The notes below the pieces were generated by a model. It did no database searches and was not told the DNA's origin. It worked only from the letters and a program-made list of their open reading frames with translations. From an uncultured Actinomycetota bacterium (lineage in GTDB: Bacteria; Actinomycetota; Actinomycetes; JAHEKZ01): a DNA stretch of 64,000 bases. The stretch spans positions 448,001 to 512,000 of the forward strand of contig CAVQYR010000002.1 of NCBI GenBank assembly GCA_963718235.1, in the 5' to 3' direction. Positions 38,593-48,071 of the stretch are shown here, piece by piece. The position numbers and the translations under genes are program-made. Each line of letters begins with the position of its first letter. Positions within the stretch are counted from its first letter, which is position 1.

Positions 38593-38985
38593 CTACGCCT
38601 GCGCCTTCTTCGCCATCAATCCCTCAATGACCTTGGCTTGTGCGGCCAGTGCGCCACTGCTGCTGAACTGGATGATCTCGGCCCCTTCCTCTGAGATGAA
38701 GTTGTGCGGAGCCGGCCAGTAGCACACGTCGCCGGCCTTGCACACCTCAGTGGTCCCGTCCTTGTAGATGACACTCATCGAGCCGCTGATGACGTAGGCG
38801 TGGTGAGGAACCCCGCACAGACCGTCCGGCATTGGCGCCAGCAACTGCGTGAAGTCAGTACCTGGCTCAAAGTGGTGGTAGGCGCACTGCATGTCGCCCC
38901 AGACTTCCTGCCAGATCTTGAGGCCCGGGGTGTTCTGGGTGACGAAGTCGTCAACCGGTTCCATATCCGCCAGTTGGCTTCTCAT
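38593..38985 (-). CDS. Cupin domain protein
   Basis: GLCGVPHHAYVISG..AGDVCYWPAPH; AGGAGGAG SD. Confidence 0.8.
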   Translation of the reverse strand: MRSQLADMEPVDDFVTQNTPGLKIWQEVWGDMQCAYHHFEPGTDFTQLLAPMPDGLCGVPHHAYVISGSMSVIYKDGTTEVCKAGDVCYWPAPHNFISEEGAEIIQFSSSGALAAQAKVIEGLMAKKAQA

Positions 38986-39151
38986 GGTCTTGCTCCTCCT
39001 TGTGCCTCACCCGACCGGCGGTGATGCCGAGTTGTCCGAAACCAGACCCGGTCGCCTGGACCATGCGATGAGCAGCCGACCTTGCTTCCGGTCGCCCAAT
39101 GAGTCGATTATCGAGGGTGGAGCGTCCGTCGGATCGAAGCGCCCATCGGGT

Positions 39152-39163
39152 TCACCCGGGTGA
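39152..39163. promoter_or_regulatory. Palindromic operator candidate TCACCCGGGTGA (site 1)
   Basis: Perfect palindrome (extends to 14 bp) in a divergent intergenic region; minus-strand GATAAT at 39112-39107. Confidence 0.75.
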
Positions 39164-39286
39164 ATGCACACGGATGGGCGAGTTGAATCAACTTCGGCGT
39201 CATGCCGCCCTGCGCCCGTCGGTAGGATCCCTCAGCACTGAGCACGACGTCCGCTCGGCTCGCTGGGATTCCTCATCGAAGGGTTC

Positions 39287-39679
39287 GTGATGTTCAACGA
39301 CAACGGCTCGTTCCTGCTGGCGCTGTTCGAGTTCTTTCTGTTCTTCGCTTGGTTCATGTGTCTGTTCTGGGTCTTCGCGGACATCTTCCGCAGCAAGGAT
39401 CTCGGGGGTGGAGGCAAGACGCTCTGGGTGCTGTTCGTCATCGTGGTCCCCTTGTTGGGCGTGCTCATCTACCTCATCGCCCGTGGGGGCGGCATGCAGG
39501 AGCGACAGCTGGAGCAGACCAAGGAGGCGCAGCAAGCACAGGCCGCCTACATCCAGTCCGTGGCGGGAGCCTCAGGCAGTGCCACCGACCAGATCGCCTC
39601 AGCGAAGGGCTTGCTTGACAGCGGGACCATCACCCAGGCCGAGTTCGACCAGATCAAGGCGAAGGCACTCGCCGGTTGA
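39287..39679 (+). CDS. PLDc_N + SHOCT domain membrane protein
   Basis: DIFRSKDLGGGGKTLW..PLLGVLIYLIARG; C-terminal AKGLLDSGTITQAEFDQIKAKAL. Confidence 0.88.
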   Translation: MMFNDNGSFLLALFEFFLFFAWFMCLFWVFADIFRSKDLGGGGKTLWVLFVIVVPLLGVLIYLIARGGGMQERQLEQTKEAQQAQAAYIQSVAGASGSATDQIASAKGLLDSGTITQAEFDQIKAKALAG

Positions 39680-39777
39680 TCGCTGACTTGCACCTGGGCG
39701 GTGCGTGGGGCACGACCCTGCGGACTCCTCCCTGGTGAGGCTGCAGGCGACGGCACTGGGATCCGGCGAGACGGCGG

Positions 39778-41530
39778 TCAAGAGGTCCCGTCGCGCTCCT
39801 CAGGGGGCTGGGCCGGGTCGATACCCGAGGCCGACTCCTCCTGGATCCCACGCACCGCCAGGTCGACGGTCGGGTAGACGTGCTCTCGGGTGAACGTGGC
39901 GAACAGCCCGTACCGGTGCAGGAGGTCCTCGATCGGTGTACGCATCTCGACGAACACCACGTTGACGCCTCGTGCGTTCAAGTCGTTGTCCAGGTGCTCC
40001 AGCATGTCGGCCGCCGTGACGTCGACGTCGGTGACCGCCGAGAACTCGAGGATGACCCATCGCGGTTCCCGGCTTCGGACGAGCTTTCGGATCTCCTGCC
40101 GGAAGGTGCCCGCGTTCGCGAAGAACAGCGGCGCCTCCCACCGATAGACGACGACTCCGTCGGCTTCCTCAGCCTCCGGGTACTGCTGCGTGCTGTGCCA
40201 GCCATCCAGATCGCGGACCCGGCCCAGAACCTCGCCCTCCGGCCACCAGTTGCGCCGGAAGAACAGCAGGATCGACAGCACCACTGCGATCAGGATTCCC
40301 TCCAGGACGCCGAACAGAATGACGCCGAGGGAGGTGACCAGCGAGACGATGAGCGCGGACCGACGCATGCGGTAGTAGGTGTGAAGGATGCTGATGTTGA
40401 TCAGCGTCAAGGCCGCCGTGATCACAACGGCAGCCAGCGCTGGCTGGGGGAGGTTCTGGAGAAGTGAGGGCAGGAAGAGCAGAAGCACTGCCACGATGCC
40501 CGCACCGGCGAGTCCAGTGACTTGCGACTTCGAGCCCGATTGCTCGGCGACCGCCGTGCGCGAACCGCTCGCCGAGATTGCGAATCCCTGGAACAGACCC
40601 GCGGCGGCGTTGGCCGCGCCCATGCCGATCATCTCCTGGTTGGGGTGGACGGCGTCACCTCGGCGGGCGGCGAAGCTGGTCGATGTGGCGATCGTGTCGG
40701 TCAGGGACACGAGCACGATCCCGAGCGACGCCGCCAACAGTGGACCGATCGTCTCGAGCGACACGGACGGAAAGGCTGCGCTCGGGAGTCCTTGCGGCAG
40801 AGCGCCGACGACGTCGACTCCCTGCTCGGACAGGTCGAGGACTCCTGTCACCACGGTGGCGCCAACTACGGCAACGAGCACCGCGGGGATCTTCGTGGTG
40901 ACACGAGGGAGGATCAGCATGACAGCCAGCGTGGCCAGGCCGATCGCGAGGGCCGTCGTGTTCGTCTGGTCCAGCCCTTCAACGAACAGCTTCACCTCCT
41001 CGACGAACCCGTCAGCGTCGGTCGAGAAGCCAAAGAGCTTGGGCAGCTGGCCGACGATGATCGTGATCGCGAGGCCGTTCATGTAGCCGACCTGCACCTC
41101 CTTGGAGAGCAGGTCCGCAACGAATCCGAGCTTGCCGAGGCCGAGGCCGACCTCGATCGCGCCGACCATCAGTGCCATCATGCCGGCGAGGGCGACGGCC
41201 TCGGCGGGATCGTCGGTGACGAGCAGCGGAACGATGGCGGCGAAGATCAGCGGGGCCACGGACGAGTCGGGACCCAGCACCAGGATGCGCGAAGGGCCGA
41301 AGATCGCGTAGCCCGACGAGGCAGGCGATCGTCGTGTACAGACCGTTGACGGCTGGGACGCCGGCGAGCTCAGCGTAGGCCATACCCTGCGGTACGAGGA
41401 TGGCAGCCAGGACCACTCCGGCGATGAAGTCGTTGCGCAGCCAGGAGCGGCGATAGGACCGGAGCATGCCCACGCCGGGCGCCCATCGCTGGAGGGCTCC
41501 TTGCTTCGTGCTCACCGTCGTTGCGTCCAT
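39778..41530 (-). CDS. SulP family anion transporter with STAS domain (one apparent +1 frameshift ~41313)
   Basis: LVPQGMAYAELAG..NGLY in one frame continues as GPDSS, NQEMIG, SGSRTA, PLFFAN in another. Confidence 0.87.
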
Positions 41531-41531
41531 A

Positions 41532-42810
41532 TCAGCTTGACGATAGCGTGCTGGTCCGCTGGAGGTGGCGCCGTACACGTGGCTCGGGCATCTCGACCAA
41601 TTCCGGCAGGTCGTCGGATCCAGAACGGATCTTTGCGCCGTAGCTCGCGGAGAGCGGCCGGGCGGTGAGTCCGTGCAGGAGCACCGACAGGAGGATCGTC
41701 CACGTGGCGACCTCGAACAGCGGTGTCTCGATGGTCGTCCCCTTGAGCTCCTCGAGGGCAATCAAGGAGAAGACGACGGAGGCGAGCCCGCGCGGACCGA
41801 ACCATCCCATGAAGCCGATCGTCAGCGTTCGGAAGCCCGTGCCCAGCAGCGCGACGCCGACGGGAACCATGCGGATCAGGGTCAGGCTGAGTACGGCATA
41901 GACGACCGCGGAGGCATCGAGGTCACCAGCGAGCACCGGCCCCGCGAAGTAAGCGCCGAAGATGACCCAGACCAGGAGCGAGGCGAACAGCGCGACGTCC
42001 TCCGTGAAGGAGATCGCGCCCCGGTTGCCCTCATCGACCGCGCCGAAGGCCAGCCCGGCGACAAACGCGCTCACGAACCCGTTGCCACCAAGCTGGACGG
42101 ACCCGATGTAGGCGACAAAGGCCAGAGCGAGGACGAACAGCTGCCTCGACGTGTGCGACGACCACGCTCGCTTCGTCGCCACCACGAGCACTCTGCCCCC
42201 GAGCGCACCGACCACGACCGCAACGGCTACTGCGATCGCGATCTGCATCGAGCGCATCGACCACAGGCGAGCCGCCTTCCGTCGTGACCTCGCCGACGAC
42301 CGCGGCGAGGAAGACCGTGACGAACGGTGTGGCGATGCCGTCGTTGAGGCCGCTCTCGATGTTGAGTGCCCTTCGGATCCGGACGGGGACCGCCTTGTCC
42401 GTCACGACCGCCATGCCGAGCGCTGCATCCGTCGGGGCCAGCACGGCTGCGATGAGGGCAGCTTCCGCCCACGTCACGCCGGGTACCACCAACATCGCCA
42501 CGAGGGCACCCAGGCCGAGGGTGAGCAGCAGCCCGACGCTCAGCAGCCGCACCGGCAGGCTGGCGTCACCTTTGAGGTCACGGATCGGCACCGTTGTCGC
42601 GTCGGCGAACAGCAGCGCCGCGAGCGTCAGTTCCGTGAAGGTGAGGACGACGTGGCTTCCGCCTTGCACGTGGAGCAGGTCGGCTCCTTCGGGCCCGAGG
42701 GCCAGACCAGCTGCCACGAACACCATCGGGGCGCTGATCCACAGTCGGTCGAGTCGCCGCGAGAAGGCGCCGTAGCCCACGGCCACGACCAACAGGATCA
42801 GCCCGCCCAC
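41532..42810 (-). CDS. NhaP/CPA1 cation:proton antiporter (one apparent +1 frameshift ~42250)
   Basis: LAPTDAALG, NIESGLNDG, then GGNGFVSAF, WFGPRGLAS, LHGLTA. Confidence 0.87.
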
Positions 42811-43068
42811 GATTCTCCTCCGGGGAAGCGACTCCAGCGCCGCGCACTTGCGCAGATGCATCTTCGCAGCATGAGAGCCGAGCGCAAGGGACCAAAGGAC
42901 CGGGAACGTCAGCCGATCGTCCCCGATCGTCCGGGGCGTCGATGGAGCCGTGCGTCTGAGCGGGGCGCCGACTCGGTTGCCCCGATGTGACCGAGGCTGC
43001 GACAATCCCACCGGTATGAGGACCGCAGACAGAGCACCCCGTCCGCCGACGACGGGCCGGGTGCCGAG

Positions 43069-45303
43069 GTGACGCTCGTCGACGCGAAGCTCGCGGCGCC
43101 GAGTCTTCAGCGTGACGTGGTCGAGCGGCCAAGGGTCACCCGGGCGCTCGAGCAAGGCGCGCATGCACGGGTGACGCTTCTCGAGGCCCCAGCGGGATAC
43201 GGGAAGTCGACGGCGATCCGTTCGTGGTGCGCGAATCAGGATGCCGGAGTGATGTGGGTGACGCTCGACTCCGGTGACGACGACCCCGTACGAATGTGGT
43301 CCTACATCGCGACCGCCGTCGAGCGGATCCGGCCAGGCGTGGCGCACTCGGTGCTGCAGAGCCTCGAGATCCAGGGAATGGACATCGAGCATGCTGTGGA
43401 CGAGCTTTTGACGCTTTTCGGCCGGTCACGGAGTCCGGCGATCCTGGTCCTCGACGATCTTCATACCGTGACCAGCCACGAGTCACTCGCATCGATCGAC
43501 CGTGCGCTGAGCCATCTGCCCGACAACCTCCGCGTGATCATCGGCACCCGTGTGGATCCACCACTTGCGATCCCGCGGATGCGAGCTGCGCAACAGCTGA
43601 CGGAACTGCGCGCCAGTGATCTGGCATTCGCCGTACCAGAGGCGCACTCTTTGCTTGTCGACCATTTCGGGCTCAACCTGTCGTCGGACCAGACCGCGGC
43701 GCTGGTCGAACGGACGCAGGGCTGGCCCGCCATGCTCGTTCTCACCGGAATCTGGCTGCGCGGTGTCAACGACCCGGAGAGCGCCGTGGCGAGATTCAGC
43801 GGTGCCCAGCAGTTTGTCGCGGACTACCTGAGCACGGAAGTGCTGGCGGCACTCGACGATGAGCGTCGCACGCTACTGCAGCAACTGGCTGTGCTGGGTC
43901 AGTTCACGCCCGCCCTGTGCGACGCCGTGTTGGAGCGCACGGACTCGGAGAAGATGATCGAGGACCTCCGACACTCCGGACTCTTCGTGTCACGGCTCGA
44001 CCAAGGAAGCTGGTACCGCATCCACCCGCTCTTCGCGGAGTACGCAAAGCTCGAGCTTGAAGCGACGGAGCCGGGGGCGGCGACAGTGATTCATCACAAC
44101 GCCTCACGCTGGCTGGCAGAGCGGTGGCCGGTCGACGCAATGGGGCACGCATCGGCAGCGGATGAGCCGGCGTATGTGGCAGAGCTGCTGGCGGAGCACC
44201 ATCTCAGCCTCATCCGAAGCGGGTCCGGTCGCACGCTCCTTCGCTGGGCGGGCACACTGCCCGACGATGTGCTGATCGCGCACCCTGAGGTCGCGGTGGC
44301 GTCAGCGATCGCGACTCTTCTCCTGAGCGCCAGCACGATGGATCGAAACCGCTACTTGGGCCTGGTGGACAGGGCGATCGACAAGGATCTCGCACCGGGA
44401 GACGGTTACGTGGCGTCCGCCGCACTGATCGCGCGCACGCTCGCGCTCGAGGGGGGCGTTACCGACGCGGTGGAGACCGGAAGACGGGCCGTCGGGTTGA
44501 CCCAGGGCATCTTCGACGACCTCTCCGATGGTGCGCTTGCAGCGACTGGTCGCGCGCTCTACTTCGCGGGAGCGGTCGACGAGGCTCGTGACATGGCGCT
44601 GCGGGCCTTGCAGAATCCCGACGCCGCGCGGCGTGCGCCGACGCTGATTCACGCGCACGCCACACTCGCGCTGGTCGCCGTGGAGCAGCGCAGACTCTCG
44701 TCAGCCCGGGGTCACGCCGACACGGCGAAGGACCTGGTTGGTCGGATCGGCACCAGTCGCAGCTGGCTGGGTGCGAACGTCGTTGCGGCCCGAGGCGCGC
44801 TGCTGCTCGCAGAAGGACAGCACGCCGAGGCCTGCCGGCAGCTCGCCACGGCCGAGCACTTCCTGCGCGACGACGTTGCGACCGTGCACCACACCTGGCT
44901 CCTCCTGCTGCTGGCCAGGGCATATGCCGGCCGCGGGCGTCTGGACGAGGCGTCGCAGACGGCGCGGGTCGCCCGTGACGCTCTCGCCGAGCTCCCGGAT
45001 ACCGGCATCCTGCCGGCGCTTGCGGACGCCACGGACCTGGACATCGTGCGAGCGGGCAAGCGTGCCCGCGACGGGGATATGCTCTCCGCGCCCAGCGACG
45101 CGGAAATGGCGGTTCTTCGGCTGATTGCCGAGGACCTCTCGCTCCGGGAGATCGGTGCGCGCTTGTATGTGTCGGAGAATACGGTTCGAACTCACCGGCG
45201 CGCCTTGTACCGCAAGCTCGGCGCACACTCGCGCGAGGAGGTGATCGCGAGGGCGATCGCACTTCAGCTTCTGGGCGAACAGGGGTCGCCGGCCGAGCTC
45301 TGA
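43069..45303 (+). CDS. MalT-like STAND ATPase / LuxR-HTH transcriptional regulator
   Basis: Walker A APAGYGKST, Walker B LVLDDLH, TQGWPA, YRIHPLF, TPR-like middle, C-terminal IGARLYVSENTVRTHRRALYRKLG. Confidence 0.92.
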   Translation: MTLVDAKLAAPSLQRDVVERPRVTRALEQGAHARVTLLEAPAGYGKSTAIRSWCANQDAGVMWVTLDSGDDDPVRMWSYIATAVERIRPGVAHSVLQSLEIQGMDIEHAVDELLTLFGRSRSPAILVLDDLHTVTSHESLASIDRALSHLPDNLRVIIGTRVDPPLAIPRMRAAQQLTELRASDLAFAVPEAHSLLVDHFGLNLSSDQTAALVERTQGWPAMLVLTGIWLRGVNDPESAVARFSGAQQFVADYLSTEVLAALDDERRTLLQQLAVLGQFTPALCDAVLERTDSEKMIEDLRHSGLFVSRLDQGSWYRIHPLFAEYAKLELEATEPGAATVIHHNASRWLAERWPVDAMGHASAADEPAYVAELLAEHHLSLIRSGSGRTLLRWAGTLPDDVLIAHPEVAVASAIATLLLSASTMDRNRYLGLVDRAIDKDLAPGDGYVASAALIARTLALEGGVTDAVETGRRAVGLTQGIFDDLSDGALAATGRALYFAGAVDEARDMALRALQNPDAARRAPTLIHAHATLALVAVEQRRLSSARGHADTAKDLVGRIGTSRSWLGANVVAARGALLLAEGQHAEACRQLATAEHFLRDDVATVHHTWLLLLLARAYAGRGRLDEASQTARVARDALAELPDTGILPALADATDLDIVRAGKRARDGDMLSAPSDAEMAVLRLIAEDLSLREIGARLYVSENTVRTHRRALYRKLGAHSREEVIARAIALQLLGEQGSPAEL

Positions 45304-45454
45304 CAGCGCTCGACCAGGTCGAGAGACCGGCTGCGACTGCACCGAGGGCTCGTGCGCACTGGTCGGAGCGACGACAGCCCTCGGGATAGGCTTTGGGCGA
45401 AGTGCAGTGCGCCCACCCAGAGGAGGGCGCGTCCGACCCCCGAGGAGATTCCAG

Positions 45455-45817
45455 ATGCTTGAGTGGCTCGAGAGGTTCTTCGACAAGCACTTCCTCGGTT
45501 CTGGAACGACGTCGATCAGTCCAGAGGACGAGGTCGCTGAAGCGATCAGGGACGGTGCCATGATCCTCGACGTCCGCCTCGGTTTGGAAGCGAAGCGAGG
45601 GATGGTGCCGGGAGCGAAGAACATCGACCTGCTGGTCCTCGGTCGCCACCTGGACGAGTTGCCGCGGGACCGGACAATCGTGACCTACTGCAAGTCGGGC
45701 GGGCGTGCCGGCAAGGCCCGGGACATCCTTGCTGACAAGGGCTTCACGGTGGTCAACGGTGGGACCTACGACAGGGTCCTGAAGATCGCCCAGAAGAACC
45801 AGCCTTCGGCGGGGTAG
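45455..45817 (+). CDS. Single-domain rhodanese
   Basis: ILDVR, VPGAKNI, active loop YCKSGGRA; GAGGAG SD. Confidence 0.85.
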   Translation: MLEWLERFFDKHFLGSGTTSISPEDEVAEAIRDGAMILDVRLGLEAKRGMVPGAKNIDLLVLGRHLDELPRDRTIVTYCKSGGRAGKARDILADKGFTVVNGGTYDRVLKIAQKNQPSAG

Positions 45818-45865
45818 GCGCGAAGGTGCGTCCGCGCAACGGCGCTTGAGCCTTTGCGCCCCGAG

Positions 45866-45877
45866 TCACCCGGGTGA
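45866..45877. promoter_or_regulatory. Palindromic operator candidate TCACCCGGGTGA (site 2)
   Basis: Perfect palindrome; CATCGT at 45916-45921; ATG at 45928. Confidence 0.75.
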
Positions 45878-45927
45878 TTCGCTGCTGGAGCCGAGTCCCG
45901 CACCGGTGAAGATGTCATCGTCAAGTC

Positions 45928-46461
45928 ATGGGCTCATCAAGGCAACCCGCGGAGACGCCGCAGCGAGTGCCAGGCCCAGGCGCCAAGCGTGGGCTGGGCC
46001 GCGCGAACGCCTGGCGGATCATCTCGACCGCCGTAGCCTCGTCGCCCGTGCTCGTCCGGGCCTTGATCCGGCCCACGGTGTCGCGGGCGCTGCGTGAGAA
46101 GTTGATGCTCGAGGTCAGCGCCGTCAATGACTGCCGGTACTGCCAGTGGGGTCACACGTATCTTGCGGTCTCGCAGGGCGTTCCCCTGGAGGAGATCAAC
46201 CAGATCTTCGGCTACCAGAACGAGGCTCTCCGTGCTCGCGACGCGGCCGAGGCGGCGGCGATTCTGTTCGCCCAGCACTACGCGGAGCGCCTCGAGGAGT
46301 ACGACCCGGCCGCGATGGTCGACTTGCGCCAGTACTACTCCCAGGCGCAATGCACCGAGATCCTTGCCTACTTGCGCGCGATCACGCTCGGGAACCTGAC
46401 CGGGAACAGCTTGGATGTGATCGTGGGTCACTGGTCCCCACGGCGCCGGGCACGCCGATAG
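45928..46461 (+). CDS. AhpD/carboxymuconolactone decarboxylase family protein (CxxC)
   Basis: REKLMLEVSAVNDCRYCQWGH, FAQHYAE, GNLTGN. Confidence 0.82.
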   Translation: MGSSRQPAETPQRVPGPGAKRGLGRANAWRIISTAVASSPVLVRALIRPTVSRALREKLMLEVSAVNDCRYCQWGHTYLAVSQGVPLEEINQIFGYQNEALRARDAAEAAAILFAQHYAERLEEYDPAAMVDLRQYYSQAQCTEILAYLRAITLGNLTGNSLDVIVGHWSPRRRARR

Positions 46462-46515
46462 TCTGGCTCGGCGATGGCTGCCCCACTTTGGGGCCGTCGG
46501 GGAGGGGAGGCCAAG

Positions 46516-47274
46516 GTGCCACCAGAGGACACCGAGCGATCGACAGCCGTCGTCCCGCGCCACGACCCGGCGACGCTGCGATGGGGTCCGATGACCGTGA
46601 ACGGGCGCCACTATCCCTTGCTGGGCCAACGGAAGTTCGGTGCCGGCTTGCGGTTGTTCCAGCGGCGACGTGATCTCTGGGCGATCTACCGCCGCCAGCG
46701 GCTTGCGCCCCAGCTGCGGGAAGAGATCATGCTCTCCGCGGCGGGTGCCGACTCAAGCCGCCAGTGCAGCTACGCCCACCGCCAGTGGGCCGAGTCCGTG
46801 GGGGTCACTGAGGGGGAGCTCGCCGCGCTGGAGAACCTCGACTTCACCGCCTTCGACCGGCGTCGATGGGCGGCCTTCGCGTGGGCCCAGGCGTATGCGC
46901 GCAACGACCTTGGCCCGGTTCCTGATGATGTGGAAGCCGTCTTCCGCCACTACTACGACGCCCAGGAGCGGGCAGACATCGAGCTTGCCGCGCGTACGAT
47001 GTACTGGCTCAACGAGACCAGCAACAGCGTCGACGCCCTGCTCTCGCGTTTGCGCCGTGAGCCCCTCCCCGGAAGCACGCTGACCACCGAGATTGTCGCG
47101 TGGCTGCTGTATGCGCTCGTGGCGCCCGTCCTGTTCACCTGGTTGAGCATCCGGCAGGGGTATCGACCCATTCGGATGTTCCGAGGCATGCGTCCCTTCT
47201 TTCGAGAGTTCGAGACGCGTGGGCCCCACACAATCTCAGGGCCAGGCGTGCGGTACAGCGGTCCGATCTCGTAG
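46516..47274 (+). CDS. AhpD/CMD family protein (SxxC variant) with C-terminal TM helix
   Basis: REEIMLSAAGADSSRQCSYAH; SD GGAGGGGAGG before GTG 46516 (alternative ATG 46474). Confidence 0.75.
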   Translation: MPPEDTERSTAVVPRHDPATLRWGPMTVNGRHYPLLGQRKFGAGLRLFQRRRDLWAIYRRQRLAPQLREEIMLSAAGADSSRQCSYAHRQWAESVGVTEGELAALENLDFTAFDRRRWAAFAWAQAYARNDLGPVPDDVEAVFRHYYDAQERADIELAARTMYWLNETSNSVDALLSRLRREPLPGSTLTTEIVAWLLYALVAPVLFTWLSIRQGYRPIRMFRGMRPFFREFETRGPHTISGPGVRYSGPIS

Positions 47275-47279
47275 GAGGT

Positions 47280-47291
47280 TCACCCGGGTGA
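47280..47291. promoter_or_regulatory. Palindromic operator candidate TCACCCGGGTGA (site 3)
   Basis: Perfect palindrome; AATGCT at 47330-47335; ATG at 47342. Confidence 0.75.
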
Positions 47292-47341
47292 GGTGGGTGC
47301 GCAACCTGGCCCATCCGACCGCACGGGGCAATGCTTGCAGC

Positions 47342-47596
47342 ATGGGTGTGAAGACCTATCGCCTGACCGTCGAAGGTGAGCTCAGCGACAGTATGGCGCC
47401 AGCCTTCCCCGGAATGACCCTCACGCGTCGCGACGGAGTCACCACCCTCACCGGCGAGATCGTCGATCAGGCAGGGCTACAAGCAGTGATGCGCCGGCTG
47501 TCCGACCTGGGGCTCACCCTCCTGGAGTCGAAGGCGGTCGGAGGCACCCCGACGCAGCCACCCGCGGCGTCGTCCCCCACCAGCGCAAGCGGGTAG
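47342..47596 (+). CDS. Small conserved hypothetical protein (ACT/ferredoxin-like pattern)
   Basis: MGVKTYRLTVEGELS..AFPGM..TTLTGEIVDQAGLQAVMRRLSDLGLTLL; real start placed at ATG 47342 inside track ORF 47219..47596. Confidence 0.8.
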   Translation: MGVKTYRLTVEGELSDSMAPAFPGMTLTRRDGVTTLTGEIVDQAGLQAVMRRLSDLGLTLLESKAVGGTPTQPPAASSPTSASG

Positions 47597-47600
47597 TCAC

Positions 47601-48071
47601 ATGGTCTGGGCGATCCTTCTGCTGCTCGGCATTCCACTGTGGTTCATCGTGGTGGGAATCACGGTCACGGTGCTTCGGAACCGGAATCTGCGGCGTCGGC
47701 AAGGCAACTTCCCGGCTCGGGTTAGGCGACCCGGCAAGACGCGTTGGACTCGCGGAAACGCACTCTGGGTCTCGGACGTGTTCGCGTTCCGCGGCAGCCC
47801 GGCCGCTTGGAGTGAGGACATCGTCCACGTGGTCGGTCTTGCCTCTCGTGAGCCGTCCGACGAGGAGACTCACCGGCTCCGCCGACTGGGGGACCGCCTG
47901 CAGATTGCCACGCTCTCCGTCGCTGACGGCGATCCCTACGAGGTGGCGACTCAGGCCGAGCACAAAGCGGCACTGCACGGACCCTTCAGCGCACAACTGA
48001 CACCGGTCAACGCCGGGCCAACCGCCCCGGGGCTGGCCATCGACACGATCGAAGAGGAGACAAGCACATGA
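47601..48071 (+). CDS. Membrane-anchored hypothetical protein (DUF2550-like)
   Basis: MVWAILLLLGIPLW N-terminal TM followed by a basic beta-rich domain. Confidence 0.65.
   Translation: MVWAILLLLGIPLWFIVVGITVTVLRNRNLRRRQGNFPARVRRPGKTRWTRGNALWVSDVFAFRGSPAAWSEDIVHVVGLASREPSDEETHRLRRLGDRLQIATLSVADGDPYEVATQAEHKAALHGPFSAQLTPVNAGPTAPGLAIDTIEEETST

Noticed and set aside
3800-43150. Partial TCACCCGGG matches inside coding regions (e.g. ~3805, ~11023, ~13089, ~14125, ~43136)
   Set aside because: They lack the TGA right half and fit common codon runs, so they were not counted as operator sites.
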